A DNA stretch of 64,000 nt from Eubacteriales bacterium (GTDB lineage: Bacteria; Bacillota; Clostridia; Oscillospirales; CAG-272), in contig JAZQUS010000067.1 of NCBI GenBank assembly GCA_045631445.1, positions 9,020 to 73,019 on the forward strand. Reading direction: 5' to 3'. Position numbers and translations under genes: made by a program. The notes beneath the pieces are model-generated. The model worked only from the letters and a program-made list of their open reading frames with translations, was not told where the DNA came from and made no database searches. Of the stretch, positions 1 through 8,328 are shown piece by piece (the stretch's first letter is position 1; every line of letters starts with the position of its first letter).

Positions 1-2
1 TT

Positions 3-1439
3 TATCTTGAGCTTCACCGTGGTACTTATACTACAAATCACGGTCTTAAAATGTATAATAGACGTCTTGAAGAAGCTCTTCACGACGCGGAGCTTATTTC
101 CGTGCTTTCCAATGACCAAGCGGGTAAGGAATTGACAGATAAGCTTTATGATACACTTATGCTCAATCAGTTCCACGATATTTTGCCCGGAACCTGTCTT
201 GCAGAGGCAACTGATATTGCTCTTGCAGAGCAAAAGCAGGCGCTTAAGGAGGCAAAGGCATATATTGGCGGCAAGGGAAGAAAATCCTATTTCAACACCT
301 TGCCAAACGCGAGAGTTGAGATTTTGCCAACTGTTGATAACGGTCAAACCTATGAAGCGGTTGACGGTGTGAGAACCGTTGCACCTTACAAATTTGATGC
401 ATTTTCCTATGGAAAGAAGCAGAGAAGTGAGGGTGTTCCTTTCGTGGTTGAGGGTGATGTTATTACAACTCCTCATATTAAGGCAACAATTAAAAACGGC
501 GTAATTTCCTCACTTGTTTATCAGGGCAGAGAGCTCGTTTGCGGCAGAGGATTTAACGTTATTAAGGCATATGAGGATATTCCTTATATCTACGATAACT
601 GGGACGTTGACGTTGACTATTCTATGAAGGAGAGGGACGTTCGTTTCGTTTCTCAAGAGGTTGTTTCTGTTGGCGAATATCTTCTTGTTTTGAGAGTGAA
701 GTACGATATTGCAAACGGCTCACATCTTGAAACTGATATTAAATTTAGATATGACGACCCCACAGTTGATTTTGAAAATCGACTTGTTGCGGGTGATAAG
801 CACACTCTCATTAGAGCGGAGTTCGATACAACTATGTTTGCCCAAAGCTACAAGTGTGAAACACAATTTGGTAATGTTGAACGAAATTGCTATAATAGAG
901 ATAAGAGTGATATTGCTAAATTTGAGGTTTGCTCACACAAATGGACCGACCTTTCGGAATACGGTATGGGCATTTCCTTGCTTAGTGATTGCAAGTACGG
1001 TGTTTCCTGTCAGGGTTCAAATATGGGTATAACTCTTCATAAGAGTGGTACTCACCCCGATGCTCGCGGAGACCTTGGAGAGAGCTTCTTCAGATATGCT
1101 ATTTATCCACACAAGAACGGTCTTTCTATGGATACCGTTAAAAAGTCATATGCGTTTAACTATTCTCCTGTGCGCACTGCATTTAAGTATATGAAAATGC
1201 CATTTTCTATTGAGGGGGATGAATCCGTTGTGCTTGAAACCGTTAAACACGGTGAGGACGGCGGTGTAGTTCTTCGTCTTTACGAGGCACTCGGCGCTAC
1301 TGCAAGTGTTGTACTTAATGCGGAAGGAAAGACTATTTCCGAATGCAATATTCTTGAGGATGAAAAGGGTATAATTGGAACAGGAAATGCAAATCTTTCT
1401 TTTGCTCCCTTTGAAATTAAAACTATAAAATTGTTATGA
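3..1439 (+). CDS. alpha-mannosidase, GH38 family, C-terminal part (5' end lies upstream of the window)
   Basis: Frame 3 is open from nt 3 (YLELHRGTYTTNHGLKMYNRR...), so the listed Met at 51 is internal. The LNQFHDILPGT motif and long beta-rich C-terminal region are typical of GH38 enzymes. Stop at 1437-1439. Confidence 0.8.
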   Translation, partial: YLELHRGTYTTNHGLKMYNRRLEEALHDAELISVLSNDQAGKELTDKLYDTLMLNQFHDILPGTCLAEATDIALAEQKQALKEAKAYIGGKGRKSYFNTLPNARVEILPTVDNGQTYEAVDGVRTVAPYKFDAFSYGKKQRSEGVPFVVEGDVITTPHIKATIKNGVISSLVYQGRELVCGRGFNVIKAYEDIPYIYDNWDVDVDYSMKERDVRFVSQEVVSVGEYLLVLRVKYDIANGSHLETDIKFRYDDPTVDFENRLVAGDKHTLIRAEFDTTMFAQSYKCETQFGNVERNCYNRDKSDIAKFEVCSHKWTDLSEYGMGISLLSDCKYGVSCQGSNMGITLHKSGTHPDARGDLGESFFRYAIYPHKNGLSMDTVKKSYAFNYSPVRTAFKYMKMPFSIEGDESVVLETVKHGEDGGVVLRLYEALGATASVVLNAEGKTISECNILEDEKGIIGTGNANLSFAPFEIKTIKLL

Positions 1440-1445
1440 TTTAGG

Positions 1446-1480
1446 ATTGGACCTGATGAAAATCGGGTCCAATTTTTGTT
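1446..1480 (+). terminator. putative intrinsic terminator after the mannosidase gene
   Basis: 8-bp stem ATTGGACC/GGTCCAAT (1446-1453 / 1466-1473) followed by a TTTTT run. Confidence 0.5.
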
Positions 1481-1543
1481 AAAAAATGTGAAATTAAATT
1501 TCAAAAAAATATCTTCATTGTGAAACAAAATTTTCAAAATCTA

Positions 1544-1572
1544 TTGACTTTATTTACGTTTGGGTATATAAT
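1544..1572 (+). promoter_or_regulatory. sigma-A-type promoter of the glycan locus
   Basis: TTGACT (1544-1549), 17-nt spacer, TATAAT (1567-1572), about 85 nt upstream of the nanE-like start. Confidence 0.55.
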
Positions 1573-1655
1573 ATATTGAGTAGGTATAAATTGGATTTTA
1601 TTGTGTGCAGATTGCACAATTTAGACATGACATATATGTACAGAAAGGACAAAAA

Positions 1656-2333
1656 ATGAACCATTTAAAGAGAGGATTAATAGTATCGTGTCAGGCGGTT
1701 AAGGGTGAACCCCTTTACGGATACGGTATTATGCACTTATTTGCTAAAGCAGCTAAGGAGGGTGGGGCAACAGGTATTAGAGCTCTTGTCGACGATGTAG
1801 ATAGCATTAAGGACGAGGTTGGGCTTCCAATTATCGGTCTTGTAAAAGAAATCTATGATGATAGCGAAATATACATCACACCCACCAAAAAGGAAATCGA
1901 TAGATTGCTTGCAACAAAATGCGACGTTTTGTGTATGGATGCAACTCTTCGCACTCGTCCTGAGGGTGAAACACTTGAAGGACTTTATGAATATGCTCGC
2001 GCAAATGCTAACGGCAGAGAAATCATGGCTGACGTTTCAACTCTTGAAGAGGCAATAAACGCGGACAAGCTTGGTTTCGATTACATATCAACAACAATGA
2101 GAGGATATACACCTTATACAACTCAGTACGAAATTCCCGACGTTGATTTCGTTGCTGAATGTCAAAAGCACGTTAAAAATGCAAAGGTTATTGCAGAGGG
2201 TGGCGTTTTTGAGATTTCTCATATGGAGAAAATCTCAGAGGTTAATCCTTATGCGGTTGTAGTTGGTTCTGCAATTACTCGCCCTAAGGTTATTACAGAA
2301 AGATTGCTTGGAGCATTGAAATTAGAAGACTAA
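1656..2333 (+). CDS. nanE: N-acetylmannosamine-6-phosphate 2-epimerase-like protein
   Basis: LIVSCQA...GEPL N-terminal motif and TIM-barrel length (~225 aa) are typical of NanE. ATG at 1656 is preceded by GAAAGGAC. The upstream part of the listed ORF (1605) overlaps the promoter region. Confidence 0.8.
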   Translation: MNHLKRGLIVSCQAVKGEPLYGYGIMHLFAKAAKEGGATGIRALVDDVDSIKDEVGLPIIGLVKEIYDDSEIYITPTKKEIDRLLATKCDVLCMDATLRTRPEGETLEGLYEYARANANGREIMADVSTLEEAINADKLGFDYISTTMRGYTPYTTQYEIPDVDFVAECQKHVKNAKVIAEGGVFEISHMEKISEVNPYAVVVGSAITRPKVITERLLGALKLED

Positions 2334-2334
2334 T

Positions 2335-3825
2335 ATGAAGGTTGTTTACTTACCACTTGATGAAAGACCTTGCAATTATTATTTTGCAGGCAGAATAGCC
2401 AATGGCAGCGGGGTTGAGGTTATCACTCCCGATATGAGCGTTCTTGGAACTAAAAAGAATGCGGCTTCATTTGAGCGCGTATCTGAATTTCTTATTGAAC
2501 ACGCTAATGAGGCTGATGCTTACGTACTTTCAATGGATATGCTTCTTTACGGTGGCATTATTCCTTCAAGATTGCATCATTACGGTGAAGATGAGTTGAC
2601 AAAAAGACTCTCCGTTCTTGATGAAATTAAGAGAATTAATCCCAAAGCTAAAATATATGCGTTTGCGTTGATTATGAGATGTCCTTCTTATTCAAGTGCC
2701 GACGAAGAGCCGGACTATTATGAATATTGCGGAAGAGAAATTTTCCTTTCCGGTCAGGTTAAGCATAAGCTTCAGCTTGGCGTTATTCAAAAGGACGAAG
2801 CCGATGAGCTTATTGCTTCTTATGAAAAGGTTATTAATGGAAATCTTCCTGATTTTGAGGCAAGACGCGTAACGAATAGAAATATGCTTATTAAGGTGGT
2901 TGAAAGACTTCACCACTCAATTGATTTTTTGATTATTCCTCAAGATGATTCCGCAAAATACGGATATACGTCAATGGATAGAGAGGCAATTAAGCAGGAG
3001 CTTTCTGCAAAAGGGCTTGACGAGGTTGCTATGTATCCAGGCGCAGATGAGGTTGGAATGACATTGCTTGCTCGCGCGGCTTGTGAGTATAAGGGTGTAA
3101 CTCCCAAAATTTCTTGCAAATTTGCTCACGAAAATTCACACAATGTTATTCCTCTTTATGAGGATAGACCTGTTGGCTTGACTCTTCCTTTCCAAGTGGA
3201 AAGCGCGGGTTGCGTAATTGCTGAAGATGAGGATGCGGATATTGATTTGTATTTGAATTATCCTTCAAGAGAGCCTGTTGAGGTTTGGCAAGAAAAAAGC
3301 GCAGGTTATGACGAGCGAGATCTTGATGCGTTCGTTTTGAAAATTAAGAATAGCATTGAAGGTGGCAGAGTCACCGCATTAGCCGACGGTGCTTATTGCA
3401 ATGGCGGTGACAGAGAGCTTCTTCAAATGATTGATAGAGAGGTGGATATTCTTAAGCTTTCCGCTTATGCGGGCTGGAATACTTCATCCAATACCCTTGG
3501 AACTGTAATTTGTCAAGCAGTTTTTGTTTATCTTTTTGGTGACAATTCTTCTCAAAAGAGATTTTTGGCTGAAAGAGTTTACGAGGACGTTGGCTATTGC
3601 GGTTACGTAAGGGCTTACGTTACAAATAATTTACTTTCCGATTTGGGATTTGATTACTTCAACGCTGGAGAAAAAGACGGCGTGGTTGCTGCTTTGGTAA
3701 GAAAAGAGCTTGATGCTTTTATTGAAAAGCATTTTCCTAATATCTATGAAAGATATTGTATTTCAAAGTGTGAGATGCCTTGGAAAAGAATGTTTGAGGT
3801 GTACCTCGCGTTAGCGGACAAATAA
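2335..3825 (+). CDS. DUF4127 family protein (function unknown)
   Basis: N-terminus MKVVYLPLDERPCNYYF and ...SMDMLLYGGIIPSR... match my recollection of the DUF4127 (PF13552) signature. ~496 aa. The ATG lies 1 nt after the nanE stop. Confidence 0.65.
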   Translation: MKVVYLPLDERPCNYYFAGRIANGSGVEVITPDMSVLGTKKNAASFERVSEFLIEHANEADAYVLSMDMLLYGGIIPSRLHHYGEDELTKRLSVLDEIKRINPKAKIYAFALIMRCPSYSSADEEPDYYEYCGREIFLSGQVKHKLQLGVIQKDEADELIASYEKVINGNLPDFEARRVTNRNMLIKVVERLHHSIDFLIIPQDDSAKYGYTSMDREAIKQELSAKGLDEVAMYPGADEVGMTLLARAACEYKGVTPKISCKFAHENSHNVIPLYEDRPVGLTLPFQVESAGCVIAEDEDADIDLYLNYPSREPVEVWQEKSAGYDERDLDAFVLKIKNSIEGGRVTALADGAYCNGGDRELLQMIDREVDILKLSAYAGWNTSSNTLGTVICQAVFVYLFGDNSSQKRFLAERVYEDVGYCGYVRAYVTNNLLSDLGFDYFNAGEKDGVVAALVRKELDAFIEKHFPNIYERYCISKCEMPWKRMFEVYLALADK

Positions 3826-3840
3826 AAAATGAAAAAATCG

Positions 3841-3868
3841 AAATTTGGGCTAGCCCAAATGGTTTTGT
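3841..3868 (+). terminator. weak terminator-like palindrome after DUF4127
   Basis: AAATTTGGGCTAGCCCAAAT self-complementary stretch followed by GGTTTTGT. The T tail is poor. Confidence 0.3.
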
Positions 3869-3887
3869 ATGATACAATCATACAAAA
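3863..3887. promoter_or_regulatory. 25-nt perfect palindrome (candidate operator) enclosing an extended -10 box
   Basis: TTTTGTATGAT-ACA-ATCATACAAAA. The centre reads TGATACAAT (extended -10) at 3870-3878. It lies 70 nt upstream of the first GHL10 gene. Confidence 0.35.
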
Positions 3888-3956
3888 AATCAATCTATAG
3901 ACCTATTATACGAAAAACTTTACTTGTATTTCGTTGCGATCAGAACTGGAGTTATT

Positions 3957-5105
3957 ATGCATATATATACTGGCGCCGATATGGCGCAACAATCAAACGG
4001 TGAGCTAAGTGCTTCACAAATTAGAGGAGTTTGGCACAGACCTAATTCAAGTGAAAGAGAACGCAATCTCGACGAGCTTAAAGTAGTTCTTGATGAATTT
4101 AAGGAGGCGGGAATAAATCTTGTATTCCTTGAAACGTTCTATCACGGAATGGCGGTATATAAGACCGACCTTGTTGATTATCACATTAAGCTTGAAGGTT
4201 TTGAATACGGTGAATACCCCGATTACCTTTCCGCTTTTGTAGCAGAAGCAGAAAAGAGAGGCATTTCCGTATATGCTTGGGTGCAGGACTTTTATATTGG
4301 ATTTAGAGATTATATCCGTCTTGTTACCGAGCATCCCGAATGGCTTTTGATAAATCAATCGGGTGAGATTAGACACTTGACAGAGGGTCAGGGCTTTGGA
4401 GGATATATCTTCCTCGATCCTGCCAATGAAGAGGTTAAGGATTTTCTCATTTCAATTTATAGCGAAATTCTTACAAAGCACCCTGCGATAAAGGGTCTTA
4501 ACCTCGACTATATCCGTTATCCTATTTCGGAGTTTTCTGAGGGCACGGATACAGGTTACACAAAGATTTCAATGCTTGAATTTGCAAAAAAGCAGGGAAT
4601 TGAGCTTTGCGAAAATACTTCCATTAGTGATTTTAACAAGATTATTCGTGAAAAAGGTCTTGTTGGTGCGTGGACTGCTCATAGAGCCGCTTACGTAACG
4701 GGATTTGTTGAGAGAGTACACAATATGCTTGAGGAAAAGCATACCGGCAAGCTTATATCTACCGCTGTTTTTGCAGAGATAGGACAAACCTATGAATTGA
4801 AAAAGCAAAACATTAAGGTGTGGCTTGATAGCGGATACGTTGATTTTGTTACTCCAATGGTATATTTCTACGAGGCAGATCAAATTTTTGAATCTGTATC
4901 AAAAATGAAATCTATATGCGGTGATATTCCTTGTTATACAGGACTTTATACCACATATCATAAGCAAACACAAAGCGAGCTTTTGGAACATATTGATGCG
5001 AGCAAGCGCGCAGGTGCTAACGGATTTGTTCTTTTTGATGCGGCTAAAACATTTTTTGAAGCCGAAGTGGATTATAGAAGCGTTTTAGGTCAACTAAATG
5101 ACTAA
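3957..5105 (+). CDS. GHL10 (glycosyl hydrolase-like 10, PF02638/DUF187-like) protein, no signal peptide (cytoplasmic)
   Basis: RGVWHRP..., NLVFLETFYHGMAVY, FLDPANEEV and GLNLDYIRYP motifs are shared with the two downstream paralogs. GGAG lies 5 nt before the ATG at 3957. There is no N-terminal hydrophobic segment. Confidence 0.7.
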   Translation: MHIYTGADMAQQSNGELSASQIRGVWHRPNSSERERNLDELKVVLDEFKEAGINLVFLETFYHGMAVYKTDLVDYHIKLEGFEYGEYPDYLSAFVAEAEKRGISVYAWVQDFYIGFRDYIRLVTEHPEWLLINQSGEIRHLTEGQGFGGYIFLDPANEEVKDFLISIYSEILTKHPAIKGLNLDYIRYPISEFSEGTDTGYTKISMLEFAKKQGIELCENTSISDFNKIIREKGLVGAWTAHRAAYVTGFVERVHNMLEEKHTGKLISTAVFAEIGQTYELKKQNIKVWLDSGYVDFVTPMVYFYEADQIFESVSKMKSICGDIPCYTGLYTTYHKQTQSELLEHIDASKRAGANGFVLFDAAKTFFEAEVDYRSVLGQLND

Positions 5106-5160
5106 TAACAGTTCATTAATAAAATGAAAATAAATAAAAACAATTAATTTAGGGGGAAAA

Positions 5161-8100
5161 ATGAAAAGAAAAGTTTTAAAAATCAGTCTTGTTTGCTTAA
5201 TCCTTTCTCTTGTTGCTGTAATTGGTATCGGTATTTTCGCTATTGAAGGTGAATATACGCGTGATATTACAAAATACGGGCTCGCAGTGACAGCAAACGG
5301 TCAAGTAATCACTGGTGTATATTCAGACCCTGTTGATTATTGGGAAGTTGCAAGCAGTGGTACACTTAATGACTATGAAATTCGTTACGACACTGTTAAT
5401 GAAGTGGATTCTGTTATCTACACAGGCTTCTATCCTAATACAACAACAGGACGCGTTGGTGAAAACATTGTTGAGTATGTTTGCGAAAAGCAGGACAAAG
5501 CTTACGTTGTTACAAAAATCAACGAAAGTGGTGACGGTACTACCTATATTCCTTTGAACGGATTTGTGTTCTCTGTAAACAAAACTGTTGTATCCGATTT
5601 TGCAAATATTGGTGATGAAGTAGCAATCACAGGTGAAATCAGCATTCCCACAAGAGCTGTTGAATCAACCTCAGGTAAGAGAATAGTTGTTGATGCAACT
5701 AATGCAACACGTTCACAGCCCATGGTAGTTTACTATGACTACCAGTTTGGTGAAAAAACAGGTACTAACGTATTTGGTACCGAAATGATTTGCGAATTTA
5801 ATTTTGAAAAAAATACATTTATTGTAACAGGATTCCGTCCTTTCCTTTCCGGAGATGACTCAGGTTCCTATATTCCGGACAACGGATTTGTTCTCAGTGC
5901 TTACGGTGAGGGCTACCGCGCGCTTCTTGCTGCGGGTGAGCTTTTCAAAAAAGGCGATGAAGTGAAGATGGTTGGTTTTGATTACGTTCGTTTCGGTGGC
6001 ACTGTCCACGGAACATTCGATCATATTAACCCCACTAAAGAAACTAACCCAAGCGGTATGGAAACCGCAACAGATGAATTTCCTGCGTTCAGAGGTACTG
6101 ACCAAACGATTATTTATAAGGATGGTTGGGACTATAAGGGCTCTGCAGGAACAGGTACTAACGTTTACGGTTTCGAAGCAGCAGTTAATGCTAACGGTAT
6201 CGTAGTTGAGCTTGGTGTTAACGTTTCTAAAATTCCCGAGGGTGGTTACGTAATTTCAGGACACGGTATTGGACGTGACTTTATCCGTTCAAACGTTGTT
6301 CTTGGTGCAACAATCGTTCTTGATGAGGTTAATAAGACATATTCAGTTTCAACAACCCTTAATAGCTACTATGAAAACCTTGTTACTAATGTTGAAACAG
6401 TTATCGACGTTGCAAAGTCAAGAATCAAGCAGCTTTATGATGTAAACGTTGATGTTATTAACGAATATATCGCAAAGGTTGAAGCAGAGCTTGAAACTCT
6501 TCGTGTGCTTAAGGAATCTATTGAAGAAAAGCTTGCTGATCCTGATCTTACCGAAGAAGAGCGCTTGGCATTGCTTATGAATTATAACAATAGCCAGCTT
6601 AAGATTGAAAAGCTTCGTCAGAGCATCCTTGTTTCCTCTGCAGAGAGCAAGGTGGTTTCTGCTCGTGCAGTATGGCATAGACCTATTGAAGCAAATTATA
6701 CAGAAATCAAGACAAATGTTGAGATGTATAAGAAAATTGGTATCAACCTTATCTTCGTTGAGACTCTTTATAACGGATATTCTTCATTTAGAAGTGAAGT
6801 TGAAGAATTCCCCTATCATAAGAATCTTGCTGCTACATATACCGATGAAAACGGTAATGTATATAACGATTACCTCTCCGCTTTCCTTGCATGCTGCAAA
6901 GAAAACGGAATTGAAGTACATGCATGGGTTGAAAACTTCTACGTTGGTATTGATCCCCAAGTTACAGTATTGAAAATGCATCCTGATTGGGTAATGTATA
7001 ATGAAGACGGAACAACCGTTCAGCGTAATGAGGGTGGTCCTTATTACTTCATTGACCCCGCAAATAAGGAAGTTCAGGATACACTTATTGCTTATTATAA
7101 TGATCTTCTTGCAAAGAATCCCGAATTAGCAGGTCTTAATCTTGACTATATTCGCTATCCTGTTTCAAACGAAGTGGAGGATACAGGCTTTACAATGGCT
7201 GCAATGAAGGGCTTCTATGAACTTCTTGGCAAGGAATTTACAGCAAATCAGCTTTCTGATAGAACTAAGATGTATAATAAATTCAAACAGTTGTTTGATA
7301 AAAATTATCTTCTTGGCGGTCAGGCAGAAGCAGATGCTAACTATAAGCAATGGGTTAATTACCGCATGAGCGTTATTACAGAATACGTTCGTCGCATTAA
7401 GAACGAGGTTAAGGATGCAAACGGCGTTATGCTTTCAACATCCGTATTCGCTTCTTTGACAGAATCTACAAATTCCAAGAAGCAGGACTGGAGAACCTGG
7501 TTCCTTAACGGTTGGATTGACCTTGCAACTCCTATGGCATATTACACAGATGCTACAGACGTTAACGCAAGAGTTAAGGATATGATCCTTATGGCAGGTA
7601 ATAACTGCTTGTACTATACAGGTATCGCATCCTCTTATAGCGGACTTCCCGCATGGCAGAATAAGGAGCACATTGAAGCTTCTTACAATGCAGGCGCTAA
7701 TGGTTACGTAATTTTCTGTTCAACTCAGATTATCGGTCACGAGGACGTTCAAAATGCTCTTATGAGCGGTGTAAATAGCAAATGGGCAGTATTGCCTCAC
7801 GCAGCTATTGAAGAAGTTCTTACTGCTATGTTCGAAAGCATTCTCGATAAGGCAGACAGACTTTATATTCCCGCAGGCGGTATGACAGAGGAGAATAAGG
7901 CAGAGCTTGAAGCAATTTTTGCGGAAATTCTTGCAATGCCTCATGAAAATGCGGAAGATATTTATAATATTGTTAAGGCACTTCAGAGCTTGTCAAAGAC
8001 AGACATCAAGAACTATGCAAAGGGCTATTCTCGTCAGAGAATTATCGAACAGCTTAACGAGCTTGCTGATATTCTTGATGCAAGAATTTCAATGCAGCTT

Positions 8101-8310
8101 ATCGCAGACGGTGAATGGGATCCCGAAACAGACCCCATGCGTCCTTCATTCGAGGAAGAAAACAACAATACTCCCGTTGTTCCCAATCCTCCCGTTAATG
8201 ACAATACAAACGATAACAATAACACTCAAGAACCCGAGGAGCTTGGCTTCTTCGCAAGAATTATTCAGGCAATTATCCTCTTCTTCAAGAGATTGTTTGG
8301 CTTGGTATAA
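5161..8310 (+). CDS. surface multidomain GHL10 protein (1049 aa)
   Basis: Architecture: N-terminal signal/anchor (LVCLILSLVAVIGIGIFA), triple beta-module region, coiled coil, GHL10 domain, N/D/P-rich linker, C-terminal hydrophobic tail. The catalytic region carries ARAVWHRP, INLIFVETLYNGYS and GLNLDYIRYPVSN. The tail is FFARIIQAIILFFKRLFGLV. Confidence 0.75.
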   Translation: MKRKVLKISLVCLILSLVAVIGIGIFAIEGEYTRDITKYGLAVTANGQVITGVYSDPVDYWEVASSGTLNDYEIRYDTVNEVDSVIYTGFYPNTTTGRVGENIVEYVCEKQDKAYVVTKINESGDGTTYIPLNGFVFSVNKTVVSDFANIGDEVAITGEISIPTRAVESTSGKRIVVDATNATRSQPMVVYYDYQFGEKTGTNVFGTEMICEFNFEKNTFIVTGFRPFLSGDDSGSYIPDNGFVLSAYGEGYRALLAAGELFKKGDEVKMVGFDYVRFGGTVHGTFDHINPTKETNPSGMETATDEFPAFRGTDQTIIYKDGWDYKGSAGTGTNVYGFEAAVNANGIVVELGVNVSKIPEGGYVISGHGIGRDFIRSNVVLGATIVLDEVNKTYSVSTTLNSYYENLVTNVETVIDVAKSRIKQLYDVNVDVINEYIAKVEAELETLRVLKESIEEKLADPDLTEEERLALLMNYNNSQLKIEKLRQSILVSSAESKVVSARAVWHRPIEANYTEIKTNVEMYKKIGINLIFVETLYNGYSSFRSEVEEFPYHKNLAATYTDENGNVYNDYLSAFLACCKENGIEVHAWVENFYVGIDPQVTVLKMHPDWVMYNEDGTTVQRNEGGPYYFIDPANKEVQDTLIAYYNDLLAKNPELAGLNLDYIRYPVSNEVEDTGFTMAAMKGFYELLGKEFTANQLSDRTKMYNKFKQLFDKNYLLGGQAEADANYKQWVNYRMSVITEYVRRIKNEVKDANGVMLSTSVFASLTESTNSKKQDWRTWFLNGWIDLATPMAYYTDATDVNARVKDMILMAGNNCLYYTGIASSYSGLPAWQNKEHIEASYNAGANGYVIFCSTQIIGHEDVQNALMSGVNSKWAVLPHAAIEEVLTAMFESILDKADRLYIPAGGMTEENKAELEAIFAEILAMPHENAEDIYNIVKALQSLSKTDIKNYAKGYSRQRIIEQLNELADILDARISMQLIADGEWDPETDPMRPSFEEENNNTPVVPNPPVNDNTNDNNNTQEPEELGFFARIIQAIILFFKRLFGLV

Positions 8311-8328
8311 TTAAATGCAATTCGAGAA

